A stretch of DNA of 64,000 bases. It comes from Mytilus edulis (lineage: Eukaryota). The stretch covers positions 6,882,001 to 6,946,000 of the forward strand of contig NC_092346.1 of NCBI RefSeq assembly GCF_963676685.1. Reading direction: 5' to 3'. Below the pieces are notes generated by a model, which saw nothing but the letters and a program-made list of their open reading frames with translations, searched no databases and was not told the DNA's origin. Positions 1 through 15,516 of the stretch are shown in pieces. How positions within the stretch are numbered: position 1 is the first letter of the stretch; each line of letters starts with the position of its first letter. A program made the translations under genes and the position numbers.

Positions 1-332
1 TTGCTGTTTTATTTTTGGCACGGCTTTTCAAATTTGTTATTTTATTTTAACCATAACATATGTATAATGACATAGACCACACATTACACATCTTTTTTAA
101 TTACACTGACCTTCACATAAATGCATTATAAAATGTAAGGACATATAGCTTGTTTTTTAAGCTGTTCCACCAGACATGACCTCTTCATCAAAGAAGAAAT
201 AAAGATAGAGGATGTATTTGTGAAATAAAAAAAATCACACACAATTTACCTATAAAAGAAAAATTATGGAAAACATCGACTTCGTAGTATCATGAATTAC
301 GTCAAATTTTTATTTCTATAAAAATGAATTCG

Positions 333-570
333 GGAAACTACAGAAATTCAATTTTTGTCAGAAATATATAACACTGTGAAACTACAGAAATTCTATTTTT
401 TGTTGTTGTCAGAAATATTTAAAACTGTGAAACTACAGAGATTATATTTTTTTGTCAGAAATATATAACACTGTGAAACTACAGAAATTCGATTTTTTTG
501 TCAGAAATATAAAAACTGTGAAACTACAGAAATTCTATTTTTTTTTTGTTTCAAATTTATAACACTGTCA
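333..570. repeat. Minisatellite, unit about 45-52 bp, about 5 copies
   Basis: gaaactacagaaattc(t)ntcagaaatatataacactgt repeated. Confidence 0.85.
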
Positions 571-1789
571 GTTGTTGTTGTTACTTTTTCAGATACCTGT
601 ATCAGTAGCGCTCGAGTCAAACTTGTTTGAAGGCAAAATCAAATACATACTTCTTATATTGAATAAATTATTTATTAGTTTTTCTTTTATAACACATTGA
701 CATAATTATAAATACATAATGATATGAAATAAACAAATTATTTCACCAATATTTTCGTTTTACAACACTTATTTCGAAGAAATCTCTGTAATCCATTGCA
801 ACAAATATAATAGAAAGTATAAAATTTAAGAGTGTCTAAATTAGTTGAACTAGTTTTTTTCGGGATTGCAAGTGAAGTGGTATATTGCTTCAAATTCAAC
901 AAAATTTTGGTTACTTAATTTGACAATCGTGTAAATGGCATGCCGTCAATTTTAAACCAGAGATTAGGAGACAGCGAACGTTACAGACATACAAACCTGG
1001 GCGAGTTTAAATCTTTCTGGTCTCTAGACGCCCTCTTATTTTGGTCAATTGAAGAACCATCAAATCTTTCAATGAAAGTCGAATAATAAAAGTGCTGAAT
1101 CCATCTAACATATACATACCAAATCAATAGAAAACAATTGTATTGTGTTTAAGATAAACAAAAAAAACAACAAAAAAACTTTAGGTCTCGACTTTTGTGA
1201 CCAGTTGTAAACAATTTGTTTTTATTTAACTATTTTAATTCTAAAACAAATAACTTTGTTCTTAACTTGTGTTGAGCGAGATTTTATAGATATAAAATAC
1301 ATTTTAAGTCCTCAAGGTCCTTCGTTATCTTTTGGTTTTAAACAACAATTGATTCGTAATGTACAAATAACACATACAGTATCATATAAAGAAGGAATAA
1401 TTCAGTGGACGTTTTTAACTTTTTTAAGACAAGACGACTGACGCTGCTAGTAAAATAACAAATTTGATAGATAGTTAGATATGGGCAAGGTTTTAAATCA
1501 TTGACGTATTTTTCATGGTTTAAACGGAGCAGTTTAAAGCTTTGAAGTCAGCAAAGTATTCTTTAATTTGCACAAAGTGCACAAAGTAGCATGTCGTTAA
1601 CTTCCACAACAGATTTAATAAGACAAAGATGGTAACAGAAACGATCAATGACCAGTGACGACAGGCATAAACATCTGACTGAGTTAACACAATCGGGACT
1701 CTTAAAACAGAAAAAAGGCTGAAGTTGTTGAAACTAACAACATACATATCAATAGATATACTTCAAATCTGTTTACAAATGAAATTAAA

Positions 1790-3230
1790 AAGTCTCGACT
1801 GTGTACACAGTTGACGATTGTGACTGTTTTGCTCAGTGTGAATTCGCATTACTATAAGACGTGTTACGGTACTTGTCTATCCCAAATTCATGTATTTAGT
1901 TTAAATGTTTAATGTTATATTTGTAATTCTCATCGGAGTTTGTCAAATGTGTTGACGTCTTTTCTATTATATTTATGTGTTATGGAAAGAAAAATTAATC
2001 ACCGCCTTCATTTATTGGATTTAATTTTGTTCAACGTAATCTGTACGATAATTTACGTTTAAAGTTGGATTCATAACAAACTGGACATATATATATATTA
2101 TAGTTAATTGCTGTTAATAAGTATTGCAATATGCATTGTGTTTTAATGTAATATCAGTATTTAGTTCTATCATAATCTTAAATCAATCCTAATTCTATCT
2201 TACTTTTGAGATATAGTTTTTCATATGTGACGTAATTTTTGTGCTGTTTCAGAAATTTCATAAATTCAAATGTGACGTAATTTTGTGCCTTTTCACCATC
2301 GTATGTGAAGTCATTTTTATGATTTATTGCGTTGAGGCCTGGACTGAGTCGGGTGTGTCTAATCTGTGTTGGTATTTGCATTATGTATTCGGGTTTTGTT
2401 TTCTGTAATTAGTTAATACTTCAGTTTCATTATGTATATCTTTTATATTCATTTGATAGAATTTACTGTTTGCATAGCATAAATTGTTCTAAATAATAAG
2501 GATGTTCTTATCCCAAGCATAAAAACATAGCCGTATTTGACACAACCTTTTTCAACTTTTGATCTTCAGTGCTGTACAACTTTGTACTTTTTTCAATTTC
2601 GATCTTTTATATCTGGGCGTCACTGGTGAGTCTTGTGTGGACGAGGCGCGTTTTCGGCGTATTGAATTTTAAACCTGATGCTTTTTGTTATCTATTAATC
2701 ATATGTTTCTTTGTCTAATACGTTCTCCTATTTATTTGTATTGTAGTCCTGTAATATTATGTTTTCATTTCAATGCAATATTCAACATTGCCATTATAAA
2801 AGTGCGAGGTTTGGCATGCCACAAAACCAGGTTCAACCCACCATTTTTTTCTTTAAAAATGTCCTGTACCAAGTCAGGAATATGGCCATTGTTATATTAT
2901 TGTTCGTTTCTGTGTGTGTTACATTTTAACGTTGCGTCGTTTGTTTTCTCTTATTTTTGTGTGTAAATTCACATTGCGATAAGACGTGTCACGGTACTTG
3001 TCTATCTCAAATTCATGTATTTGGTTTTGATGTTATATTTGTTATTCTCGTGGGATGTTGTCTGATGCTTGGTCTGTTTCTGTATGTGTTACATTTTAGT
3101 GTTGTGTCGTTGTTCTCCTCTTATATTTAATGCGTTTCCCTCGGTTTTAGTTTGTTACCCGGATTTTGTTTTTTGTCCATGGATTTTTGAGTTTTGAACA
3201 GCGGTATATTACTGTTGCCTTTATTTACGG
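1790..3230 (+). mobile_element. Non-autonomous repeat with direct repeats and a decayed hammerhead (Penelope pLTR/retrozyme-like)
   Basis: Direct repeat ataagacgtgt(t/c)acggtacttgtctatc at about 1853 and 2979; decayed hammerhead motif at 2617-2660. Confidence 0.45.
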
Positions 3231-3712
3231 TTTTATTAAAGTATTTTCATTCTTCACCGAAATGACCTCAAAACTAGGTTTCAACTTTTCTAGTCAAAGA
3301 TTTTTTAGATATAAAATATATTTTTATTCATTCGTTATCGATAGTGGTTTTTAAACGACAATGAATTTTGTAAATAAACTGCACGTACAGTTTTTGAAAT
3401 GAAATAATAGTAAATTAAAGGAAATGTTTAAATGTTTTAAGATCGGACTGACCTTGCTATTTAAACACTAGTTTTGTTTTGATCTATCGCAATAAAAACA
3501 AGTAATGAATTTATATTTCGTGTCAACTTAACACATTTTCATTTAGAGAATAAATTCAATCATACAATATTTTAAATGAAGAGGAGCAGGATACCAAAGA
3601 GACATTTGAACCCATAACCAACAGATAATGAAAACGACAATAGGACAAGCAAATATTTACAAAACTCAATTTTAATAAGTATGATTTAGTAATAAAATAT
3701 CTCCTTGATCGA

Positions 3713-4159
3713 TAGAATGAAATTCAAAACAGTGTGGCTATGGCCATTGATTGACACATTAAATTCATCCATTGACTAAGACAATTTAGGTGAACGTTTG
3801 TATGTAACGACCACTGCTCACTATGTACTTTTCAAAGACACTTAAACTATGGGGTCACCAAAGGTTCTCAACACCTTAATAAAGTAATTCGAAAAATTAA
3901 TCAGAAATAACACGATGTTTTGATTTATATCAATTATGTAAATCAAAACATAAAGGTTATTCCTGATTAATTTTCCGAATTATTTTATAATCAAAGGCGT
4001 TAAGAAACCTTTGGTGACCCCATAGTTTAAATGTCTATCGTAGGTACGTCGTGAACAGTGGTCGTTACAGACAAACGTTCACGTAAATTGTCCCAGTCAA
4101 TGGATGAATTTAATGTGTCAATCAATGGCCATAGCCACACTGTTTTGAATTTCATTCTA
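3713..4159. mobile_element. Foldback/MITE with inverted arms of about 200 bp
   Basis: tagaatgaaattcaaaacagtgtggctatggccattgattgacac... and its reverse complement ending ...ttttgaatttcattcta. Confidence 0.8.
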
Positions 4160-6259
4160 GTTGATCTTAGATGTTCTGGATTGGGAATCATTCAATGATT
4201 AGTCTGATGTCACATTTTAGAAAATAAGAACGTGAATTAGATAACCATCATTGGAACATATACGTGGTCATCTGTAACACAGCTACGCCAGAGCGATCAA
4301 TCAGCACGTGATCACGTATGTAAACCATTAGAATAACATTTATTAACACTTCGAACCCAGAGTTCAATTTAATTTCGGATTATGCGTTTGAATGTCCCTT
4401 CGGTATCTTTTGTCTCTCTTTGATAGCTTCCTTGCATGATAAGTTTGTTTATGCATTGTAACTTAATGCCTCTTTGTTGGAAAATCTTTGTTTTCCATTT
4501 TAAAAAACAATGTGGATAGCTTTAATGTATGATGAAAGTTTGCACTGTTAATTTAAATCATTAGCCAAGTGTCCTAATTCTTCAATAACTTAGATGATTA
4601 AACATTTAGACACAAAAGCTTATTAGTAGTGAGCTATTTCTATGCGTGTAAACTTTTATAAAAAGCAAGGTCGTTTTTAAATTTAGCATTCAAGCCATTT
4701 AAATGATAAGCCATGATTTCAAAATGAGGTAAAATGTATTCGATTTTTTAGAAATAGTGTTTTTGTATAAGGCGGTTTTTTAAATAACTTATTCTCTTTC
4801 AGCTCCATTTCACGTTATAAATTAGTTTAAAACCAGTTTTGAAAAGCTTATTAGTACAATTATTATTTATATGCATTTAGTCATTCTACATTTAATGGTT
4901 ATAAAACAAACACGGATTTGGAGTATAATATATTCACATATAGTATTTTCAATAGAAAATAATTAGTTGGATATGCAAGTTTTTCAAACCTGGTTGACAT
5001 TGCCATTATAATATCAACATTTGTTTCGATATATCGAAATACGAATAAAGTAAGTTATTTTTTATTTGTTATCACAAGTGTGGACACAGATGAGTGTGGA
5101 TAGTATGTTTGGATGTTTGACAGTGTCTTATGACAAAAGGAGTTCTATGTTTCCTATATGGTGTTAATAACTGTGTTGCACGGTGACAACCGATCTGAGT
5201 ATTAGGAGTGTTATTTATTTAATATTTTTTCAAGACAGGCATGGAGGAGACAGTAATTACATTAGTTACCAAATGGTTATGATAGAATATGTTCTACATC
5301 TTTGACTTTGGATACATTTTGTAGCTAGGAACGCAACACATAAAAGGTTCATTTTTTCACGTGTTTTTTTTCTAAATGGGAGATGATATCTAGATTTGAG
5401 AACATGATATAAGGAACCTGTAACTCAGTGGTTGTTGTTTATTTAAGTGTTACATAATAGTTTTCTGTTTATTTTTTTAACATAAATAAGGCCATTAGTT
5501 TTCGCGTTTGAATTGTTTTATATTGTCATTTTGGGGCCTTTTATAGCTGATTATGCGGTATTGGCTTTGATCATTGCTTATGGCCGTACAGTGACCTGTA
5601 GTTGTTAATTTCTGTGTCGATTTGGTCTCTTGTGGAGAATTGTCTCATTGGCAATCATACCACATCTTTTTTTATATGTATTTGCTTACTATTGGTATGA
5701 TTCTATTTATATTACTTTGTGGTGGATCGTCAGTATCATTAGTAATTTTTTTTGTTTAAATGTCGAATTGTTCTTAGATTAGAATATATTTATTGGTTTT
5801 TAGTAATGACATTGCCTGGCATGATGCTTGGGGCTAAATGAGCTATGAAGTAAACCTCTGTGCTGATTTATATCAATTCTTTGATTATATCGCCTCCAAA
5901 GCTGGTCGAAGTAAAGAAAATTTTGACCAATATGAAAATGATTTCACCAAAAGAACCTTTGTGAGCATGCTCCAAAGACTCATAACTGCTCCAAAAGTAA
6001 TCTGATAGAATTTCAAGCATGTCAAGCAGATATTATCAACATCTACTTAATTAGTCTTAATATGTCTAAATATCTAAAAAGTTATAGTATTCAAAAGGTA
6101 TTGTAAAATTTTTCCTTTTCCTTTTTGGTTTTGTTATATGGATACAAATATAAGTGATACATGTACCATTACAATATTTGTTGTGGTATGAAAGTGTAGT
6201 AACTAACATTTACTGTAACAATGTTAATTCACACAAATTAAGAAATAAACAAATGAATG

Positions 6260-8870
6260 GAACAGATGCTCCGCAGGGTGCAGCTTTATACGACCGCAGA
6301 GGTCGAACCCTGAACAATTGGGGCTAGTATGGACACAACATTCAAGCTTGATACAGCTCTGAATTTGGATTGTGATTAAATAGTTGACATAGCTTAGGTT
6401 ACACAGAACGAATGTGGTCTTATGAACTTAAAATAATTTTTTTTCTTTTGAGCAATTCACCAAGCTGTTGAATATTAATCCTTTCAAAATAAATATACTT
6501 GAAGCAATTTTCTTTATAATTTATGAAATCTGAAATGAAAAAAAAATCCCCTCCCCCTTTCCCTTATTCCAACCAGGTGCTCCACAGGGCGCAGCTTTAT
6601 ACGACCACAGAAGTCAACCCCTGAACAGTTGGGGCAAGTATGGACACAATATTTAAGCTTGATACAGCTCTGCATTTGGATTGTGATTAATTAGTTGACA
6701 CAACATAGGTTTTTGATACAGAATGAATGTGGTCTAAGAACTTCAACTTAAAAACTTAAAAATTTTAAATTGGACATTTACCTGTTATGGTCCAATATCC
6801 AAAATCTAAATACATGGTTAGATTCAGCATATCATAGATCCCAAGAATTCAATTTTTGATGAAATCAAATAATGTTCAATTTTAGACCCTTTAGACCTCA
6901 ATGTCGACCAATTTGATAACCGGGCCCAAATATTAAAAATCTAAATACATGGTTAGATTCAGCATATTAAAGAACCACATATATTCAATTTTTTTTTTAA
7001 ATGAAACAAAGTTTAATTTTTGACCTTAATGTAGACCAAATTGAAAACGGGACAATACTGTACAATTGAATATTTCTTGCTATTGGCAATACTGTGCAAT
7101 TGAAAATTTCTTGCTATTGTGCAATACTGTGCAATTGAAAATTTCTTGCTATTACACAATACTTAATATAATTATTTTGGACACCGATTTGGACCAACTT
7201 GAAAACTGAGCCCATAATCAAAAATCTAAGTACATGTTTAGATTCAGCATATCAAAGAACCCCAATAATTCAATTTTTGTTAAAACCAAAGTAAGTTTAA
7301 TTTTGGACCCTTTGGACCTAAATGTAGACCAATTTGAAAACAGGACCAAAAATTAAGAATCTGAATAAACGGTTAGATTTGGCATATCAAAGAACCCCAA
7401 TAATTCATTTTGTGATGAAATCATACAAAGTTTAATTTTGGACCCTTTTGGCCCCTAATTCCTTGGGACCAAAACTCCTAAAATCAATCCAAACCTTCCT
7501 TTTGTGGTCATAAACCTTGTGTTAAAATTTTATAGATTTCTATTAACTTATACTAAAGTTATTGTGCAAAAACAAAGAAAAATTATTTGGGACCTGTTTT
7601 TGGCCCCTAAATCCTAAACTGTTGGGACTAAAACTACCAAAATCAATCCCAACCTTCCTTTTGTGCTCATAGACCTATGTTAAAATATCATAGATTTCAT
7701 TTTACCAAAACGTAAGTTATTGTGCGAAAACCAAGAAAAATGCTTATTTTGGCACTTTTTGGCCCCTAATTCCTAAACTGTTGAGACCAAAACACCCAAA
7801 ATCAAGCCCAACCTTCAATTTATGGTCATTAACCTTGTGTTTAAATTTCATAGATTTCTATTTACTTTTACTTAAGTTAGAGTGCAAAAACCAAATGTCT
7901 TTAAAGGACGACGATGACGCCAACGTGACACCAATATACGACCAAAATATTTTCAATTTTTGCGGTCGTATAAAAATGATCTCATTTCAAATTTCTAATG
8001 GAGTTTGCAACAATAATTATATAACTACTCATTTAATATTAAAATATAAAATGTCACACAGTCATGGTCAGGTGATTATGCCCCCGCTAGCATACAACGT
8101 TAAAAAGGGACATCAATCAAGAACTGTAAAAGTGAAGCTGCCAAAAATTTAACTAAAAGAGTTTAGAGGTAATAAGCATTATATACACATTTCACTCAAT
8201 TTAGTTTAGACAAACTTAAGAAACTAAATAATTCTTCAATTTTTCCATTTTTAAAAGGGCATAACCTTAGAATGATAATCAAAGTGCTTGTAATCACTGA
8301 ATGGTTATTAAAGTGAATTTTGCATTGTATATTGTATATAGCATTAATTTAAGTTGATTCAACTACTATTCTGGACAGAGAAAGATAACTCCAATTTTCA
8401 AAGAGTATTTCATAAAGCATTGGTTTTAGGTAATTCAACAATCATTCTGGACAAAGAAAGATAACTCCAATCTGGACAAAGAAAGATAACTCCAATTCAT
8501 GGTCTTGAATCTACAAAAATGCTTGTTTTTGGCTCTTAATTCCTAATTGACTGTTTGCCCCATAACCCACAAAATATACCCCAACCTTCTACTTATGGTA
8601 TTAAACATTATGGTACAATTTCAGAACAATTGAAATACTTATACACAATTTTTTGTACTGACACTAGATTAATGCTTGTTTTGGGCACCTTTGGAACCCT
8701 CATTCCTAAAGCTTAGGGACTATAACCCCCAAAATCAATCCCAAGCTTCCTTTTGTGGTTATAAACATTGTGTTATAATTTTATTGATTTCTTTTTGCTT
8801 ATACTAAAGTTATTATCCGGAAACCATCTGTCTTCGGACGACGCACAGGTCAAAACTTTTTTGTGGTATA
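6260..8870. repeat. Cluster of Helentron-like interspersed repeats with internal tandem units
   Basis: Repeated cagatgctccgcagggtgcagctttatacgaccgcag and ggttagattcagcatatcaaagaacccc; related copies near 9485, 25400-27300, 29130 and 50830-52130. Confidence 0.55.
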
Positions 8871-11651
8871 ATCATTCAGTATCTAGCAACTATCAATTTG
8901 CTTCATGCACATATTGATATAGGTTGAGAGTCCCTCTGTTGGAAATAAAAACACACACACCTCCACCTAGTTTTAGTCAACTGACAAAACATTCAAAACT
9001 ATAAAATGTTATCTAAGACTTGTCAGTGTCTATTTACCATTGCCACTGAATCAGTGATATATGTACACATAATTATATACATGTAAGACTAAAATTATAA
9101 AGTACATATATAAGACTAAAACTGACATTCGTTCTTTACTACATCTTTATTCCCAAAGTCATTTTCAAATCTGACTTCATGATAAAATAAGATTCCATAT
9201 CTACAACCAATGAAAATGAAATATTCCTCTAATAGACTAGCATTTAAATCACAGTTTTCTAAAATGGTAGCTAGGTCACCGTGGAACCTATAACTAAAAA
9301 ATTTGAAACAATATTTCTCAAATATTTCAAATGCATGTACATTTAATAATATAAATTCTCCAAAATTTACTATATTTTTCCCTTTTTTATCTTCTGTTAG
9401 AGACTGTATATTGACCTCTAGATGTCTTTCAATTACATTCAGTTTGGTGTGGGTTGATGTTTGATGGTTGTACATGTTACAACCAGATGCTAGGCAGGGT
9501 GCAACTTTATACGACCGCAGATGTTGAACCCTTAACAGTTGGGGCAAGTATGGGCACTACATTCAAGCTTAGGTTTTGAAATAAGGGGGGAAATGTAACC
9601 TTTTCAATTTATAAAAGGGGTGGATACATTTCCATAGAATAAAACTTTTCTGAAAAATGATTCCATTTATTTTCAATAAATGATAAATATTGAAGTCTAT
9701 CTCATGCATCTAGAAACAGGCTCATCATTATTTCTATACATGTATAAACATATTCCAAAATGTGGACAAACCTTCATTAAATATTCTATTTTAATTAGTG
9801 GAGGAGATCAAATTAAAAAAGTTGCAATGGTTAAATACTCCAATGCCAGTCTTTCCTGCTAAAATCTCATGTGTAGAATGTGATATACCATTTTTGGGTC
9901 TATATATTGTCCTTTATATTAAGGTCATTTTGACACAGCAAAATATAAAGAAAATGTAAACTATGATATGGAAATTGAGTTCTTTTTCGCAAAATAAACC
10001 CACTTAAACTGAACTTTAAATGCAAAAGACCCCTAAATGGCTAACAGATATTGCTATAAACAATAGTTCATGATTATACATGATATTAAAGAATTCATGA
10101 AATTTACACTGATTCTGTCAGTTGAATGGACTAGAATGAGACAATTAAGTTATATAGACATAAAGGTTTTTTCGTTCGGAAAGGTAAGCACGGTTACAAT
10201 TATTGACGTTGTGTTATAATATTTGAATTACATAGACAATTAACAATTGAGTATTTAAACCCATTTTACGTAGTGACATATTTATTTGAGGGTACACTTT
10301 AATACAAAGAAAGGTCATATTTAAACTATACATCTAAGCCCTTTCAAAGAATTCCTCAGATTACAAGCACTATTTCACGACAAAAATTGATTTAAAACCT
10401 GTTTTGAAAAACCTTTTTCGTACAAAATATATTTAAAAGAAACTTATTGACATGAAGACATGACAAAAATAGGACTATTGACTCACAGGCACGTATAAGA
10501 TACAATACAAAGGTAACATAAAAACATACCGATAGCCATCGTTGGCGGATGGGTTATCTGCACGAGAAGGCAGGTCATCTGACTCAAAGTTGAAAAAAAA
10601 ACTATACGAAAGTTTGTTTCCGACGTGTTTTTTTTTTTGTCACCTTTCTTTTGAATCTGACTTGTGTGACGTTTTAAGAATGATGAAGTACATTTTTCAT
10701 TTAGAAGAGATTGCAAAATTCACCAAATCAAAAACGTAAATGGCCATATACCAGTTAATGTAAGTTTACAGTTTAAACAAACTTCCCTTTTCACTTCCCT
10801 TCAGAAGACAGTTCACTTTGTGGTGACCAGTGAAAAGTTTCCAAGTTTTTGAAATAAGAATTCAACTTTCTAAAGTGTAACAAAAATTGATGCAATTTCC
10901 TTGTGAAAGGTGTAGTACTGCAAAAGGTGTGTACATTTCAAAATGTTATGTGAATAGGTATAATCATTTTATAAAATCATTACAAAGATAGTGTCAAATT
11001 AAGAATATTTAATGTCACAATTAAGGGCACTTGGTGGGTAGTATCCACATATACGATGTACATACAAAACAATATACTATGATTTCGTAAAATTTTTCAC
11101 ATCGCAATGCTATATTGAATATAAAAATAAGAAAGTCAATGTTAAAACTTTAATATGCATTCCCAAATGTTTTATATTTGGTATATTTACACATTGACAT
11201 TCTTATTTATATGATCAAAGGGATTAAGATGATGTACAGGACGGGTGGGAAATCTTAAAATCTAAAACCAAATTAATTTTTTTAAACCACTTTTTCATAG
11301 TTCAGATTTCTCAATCAAATAGGAGGGACTCCTATTCCCTTTGACAAATTCTGGTTCTGTACGGTAGAAAGCTTTTTTTAAATGACATGCATGTCTTACC
11401 TTTCGTTTAGAGAGGGTAGATTTTTGTCAAGGGCAATAATAGTGTTCGAAATCACACAGAGAATATAACGTTACTGTAACACGGCATATTCTTATATTTT
11501 TACGTCTTATGCTTATGACGTTACATGTACCTTCAGTCTTCAGACTTTAAAATAAATTCAGATAGTTTACATGTCTTTGTTTATATACATGCAGTTTAAT
11601 CACAACCACTATACTATAAATAGATTTCAGCTAGATCATATATGCACCTAC

Positions 11652-11830
11652 TTCTTTGTAATATCAAGTTCTTCAGATAGACATACAGCCATGGTGCTTT
11701 TAGCTACAGTCTCTATAGCACCCCCTGATCCCTTCTGCCTTGCACAGAGTAATGTATTGCTCACAGGTGGTATATTGAGAGCTGTGAGGAATGTGTTGAC
11801 TTGTCTTCCTCCAATACTAGTATTATCTAG
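11652..11830 (-). pseudogene. Isolated exon remnant of a Kolobok/'Mutator-like' transposase
   Basis: Splice-bounded (tttcag|...|gtaggt) frame LDNTSIGGRQVNTFLTALNIPPVSNTLL..RQKGSGGAIETVAKSTM..LSEEL resembles the GIG..L..LNIP segment, from recall of the family. Confidence 0.5.
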
Positions 11831-12179
11831 CTGAAATTAAAAAGAGAAAATTTAACATTGAAAGTCTTAATTTGTAATAGCAGAATAGAAAATAAACAAT
11901 TCTGAATATTGATAAATTACAAAGCATGTTTAATTTCACAAATTTTAATCAATATTATGTATTACTATAACAGGGGAAGTTGCATTTTGGGACAAAAATA
12001 TAGTGTAAAATTGAATGTAAGTTCTTTATACTTGTACTGCAATAATAACTCAATTGAATTATTCATAATAATTAAAATATTTTTCTATCAATATTAACTT
12101 TTTTGTCGTTGAGATTGTTTTCTTTTGTATATTCTTTTAATATTTATTTGGAATAAGTAATTTTAATAAAAAGGAAATG

Positions 12180-12293
12180 TTTTCTTGTCGCTAAATAGTT
12201 TCTTGTCGCTTCTTGTCGCTAATATTATTCTTCTTGTCGCTTCGTGACGCTTCTTGTCGCTAAAATTCTTCTTGTCGCTAATTAGTGAGACCG
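12180..12293. repeat. Array of the 11-bp motif TTCTTGTCGCT (likely subterminal repeats of a DNA transposon end)
   Basis: About 7 copies followed by aattagtgagaccg. Confidence 0.55.
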
Positions 12294-14629
12294 TACTATT
12301 GGGAGTGAAATGATTGTTATTACTTTTTACTTGTAAGCTTTAGAGAATTAAGCGATTGACTAAGAGTCATTTTGTTTCTATTAACTGACCTCAGCCCCCA
12401 TGAGCTGTGTTTGTCCATTTTCAACTAAGCACTATCTTTAATAGTTTTAATGTATCTTTAACCCAAATGATTTTTTTTTATGTTACAAGTCTTTTTTGTA
12501 CATCAATATATAAGTATACAAAAAATTAAGTGACTGCAAAAAAAGATTAATAGTTTTCCAAATTATTACCACCAGCTTTATTTCACCCTGTCAATGTCCA
12601 TTATTCAAGTTGGTTTATAATCCTGTGTTTGATAGAGTTGTTGATATTTTACAAATATTAAATCCTGATGCAGTCCAAATTGAATAGATACATTATTTTA
12701 GTCACAGACCCAACATTTATAGAAGGTCACTTAAAAAGATGAGATTCCACCATAACCAAGAATTAGGAGGCTACCATTTGATTTTTAGGCGGAGGGGGAC
12801 TAGGATAGAATTTGAAAAAGGCAAGACATTGATTAAAAAATTCAAAATGAACATGAATGAACAAATGAGAAAAAAGGAAGGATGAAAAACTATAAAAAAA
12901 AGAGTAGGATATGAACAAATGAAAAAAATCCAAGATCATGAGAATGGATTTGTAAAAAATAACAAGACAAGTCAGAGATTACAATTAAAAATATGCAGGG
13001 CATTATAATTCATACTTCTTATAAAAATCAAATGGAAGTGCCCTTCTTGTCCAAACAAGAGGGGGTTGCAATGCTGAAAACTTCTAAAGATAAGCAGTTC
13101 AACATTAAAAAAAATTGGGCAGCATAACCACTAGAAAAACACATTTTTTTCTATTTTTGACTAAATGAAAATATGGCAACAATTAATGTACATTTAAACG
13201 ATCATATTTATCTTCTGCGAAAAATGACTTTTGCAGCCATTTTGCGACATCGATGTCAATCGCAAGTTATCTCCCGTTGACCACTTCCAAATTACGTTAA
13301 AATCGTCAGAAGAGTACATCGAACGCGCGCACATGTAACGTCGGAAAATAGCGTTTTTACGGATTTTTCGACGTTTTCAGACGTTTGGACAAATTGGCTA
13401 CCGTTTTGTAATGTGTGGAAGCATTCTATACCCTTAAGACCTAAATATTTAGTAAATAAGAAAGGAATCTTGGCATTTTGTACTCTTCGTGTATCTTACT
13501 TTTGTTTTGATCAATTATAAATAGCTTATTGAAATATCAGTTAAAAAATACGCGCGTAAAATGAAATATCAACTTGGACAAAATTGCTACCGCTTGAAAA
13601 ACGACTGTGTAGAGAAGATTTTATAGAATCTGCAATATTTGAACTTACGAACAATGAGGCAAATATTTGTTCTTTTGGTAGATGTTATTATTGTTTTACT
13701 CTTTTTATACATTTTCTGCTATATCGACTTATAAAATTTACTTTCAGTCGTTGAGTTAACGAAAAACGTCGTTGGACATTTTTCTTATTCCAGCTAAATA
13801 TGCAGCCACCAAGTCAAATGAAATTTTGCAGAATAACTGCTTCAACGCCACAAAGAACCGACACATGTCGTCGTTTCTGACAAGTTTCAAGAAGATCAGA
13901 GAATAAGAAATAGGATAACTATACATAAGAGTTAAAACAGTTTTTCATAAATGTAACGTTGGACATCCGTTTTTTTCACATCGCTTTGCTATTTTAATCC
14001 TCAAATATACTATATATTACTTAGTATATGATCAAGAGCTATAAAAACATAATTAAAACATATATTTAATTTGTTTTAATAGTGGTTCGTGTTTGCTAAC
14101 ATTTTTATTTTGTTTAGCAGAGAAAATTTTGAAGATTCTCTTTAAAATCCTAGGAGTTGTAGGAACAGCGTGCGTAACGTTATTCCGTTCAAATGAAGGA
14201 AGCTATGTGTTTTATTTCGTATATAGGCTGTTTTGAAATTCTAAAAAATTGTTTGTATGATTACTTTGATTTTTTTCCAACTTTGCCCGGCAAACAAGAA
14301 CATCATCATATATACGGTATGAAATCTTTACCTAAGGTTTGAATGAAAACACCACTTTATATTTTTAGTATGTTGATCTATATTGTTCATAGCTAGATAA
14401 TAAGGAGAAGAAGTGTCATCCAGGCTGAGAAAAACTTTTAAAGTCTTTGTGTTGCAATTATTTGTAGCACAGATATATAATTATATACATCATGCTATTA
14501 ATCAGCATAATCGGTTTCCGAGGCATTTTACTGGTAGTTTCTGTACATATGAATTTCTTGTATGATATGTATCTGGTTGCAGATTATTAGTATAAAGTTG
14601 ATTCAATAGCTTACCTTATGATATCATCG

Positions 14630-15503
14630 GACAAAGATTCACATGATTTACAACTAGATCTGGACAAACTTGGAATATGGGAATCAAAAGTGGAAAATGT
14701 CATTCCACTCTGACAAATGCAATGTTCTCACCATCAGCAGGAAAAACAAGACAATTGCAACTTCATACAGTCAACATGGTCAAATTATTGAGTCAGTCAG
14801 CAGTGCAAAATATCTAGGCTGCACATTTACATCCGAACTCAGATTGAATGACCACGTCAATAACATATGCAATAAGGCAAATAGAACAATTGGTTTCCTA
14901 AAAAGAAATTTAAATATAGGATCAACCACAGTGAAGGAGAATGCCTATAAAACATTGGTACGTCCAAATGTAGAATATGCCAGTCCAGTATGGGATCCAT
15001 GCCTTAGGACAGAGACTGACAGACTTGAGATGGTACAAAGAAGAGGAGCTCGCTACGTATCTAACAAACATCATAACCATTCCAGCGTTAACTTGGTGCT
15101 ACAACATCTGAAATGGACATCCCTAGAACAAAAAAGGAAAGAAGCGAGACTCACAATGCTATACAAAATAGAAAACAATAAAATAGCCATGTCAAAGGAA
15201 GGTCGTCTAATACCACCAAAATGAATGACACGAAACATGCATGATAAATCCTTCCAAGTACCATCATCAACATCCTGTGATTACCGAAAACACTCATTCT
15301 TCCTAAGAACCATCCGGGATTGGAACGCTCTTCCTCCTGGTGTCGTATCAGCAACGTCAGTCGAGGCCTTTACAGCCTCGATGACAAAGCTGAATTAAAT
15401 TTCAAAATTTTGGGGGGAGGAGGGGTGGTCGAAAATGCGCACCAAACCATGGCAGTATAATCAGTCCTTTGATTGTGACCATTACCTGGCAGAAGCAGAA
15501 GAA
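14630..15503 (+). mobile_element. 5'-truncated CR1/L2-group LINE remnant (RT C-terminus and 3' UTR)
   Basis: KWKMSFHSDKCNVL...SAKYLG...HVNNICNKANRTIGFLKRN...AYKTLVRPNVEYASPVWDP; frameshift and stop present; short GCAGAA repeat tail. Confidence 0.85.
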
Positions 15504-15516
15504 CCCATTGCTGTAC

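Noticed and set aside
333-570. Regularly spaced repeats resembling a CRISPR array
   Set aside because: No unique spacers, only variable T-runs; eukaryotic context with no cas genes
7781-9862. ORFs of 60-143 aa
   Set aside because: They lie in interspersed repeats or AT-rich DNA, with no domain signal
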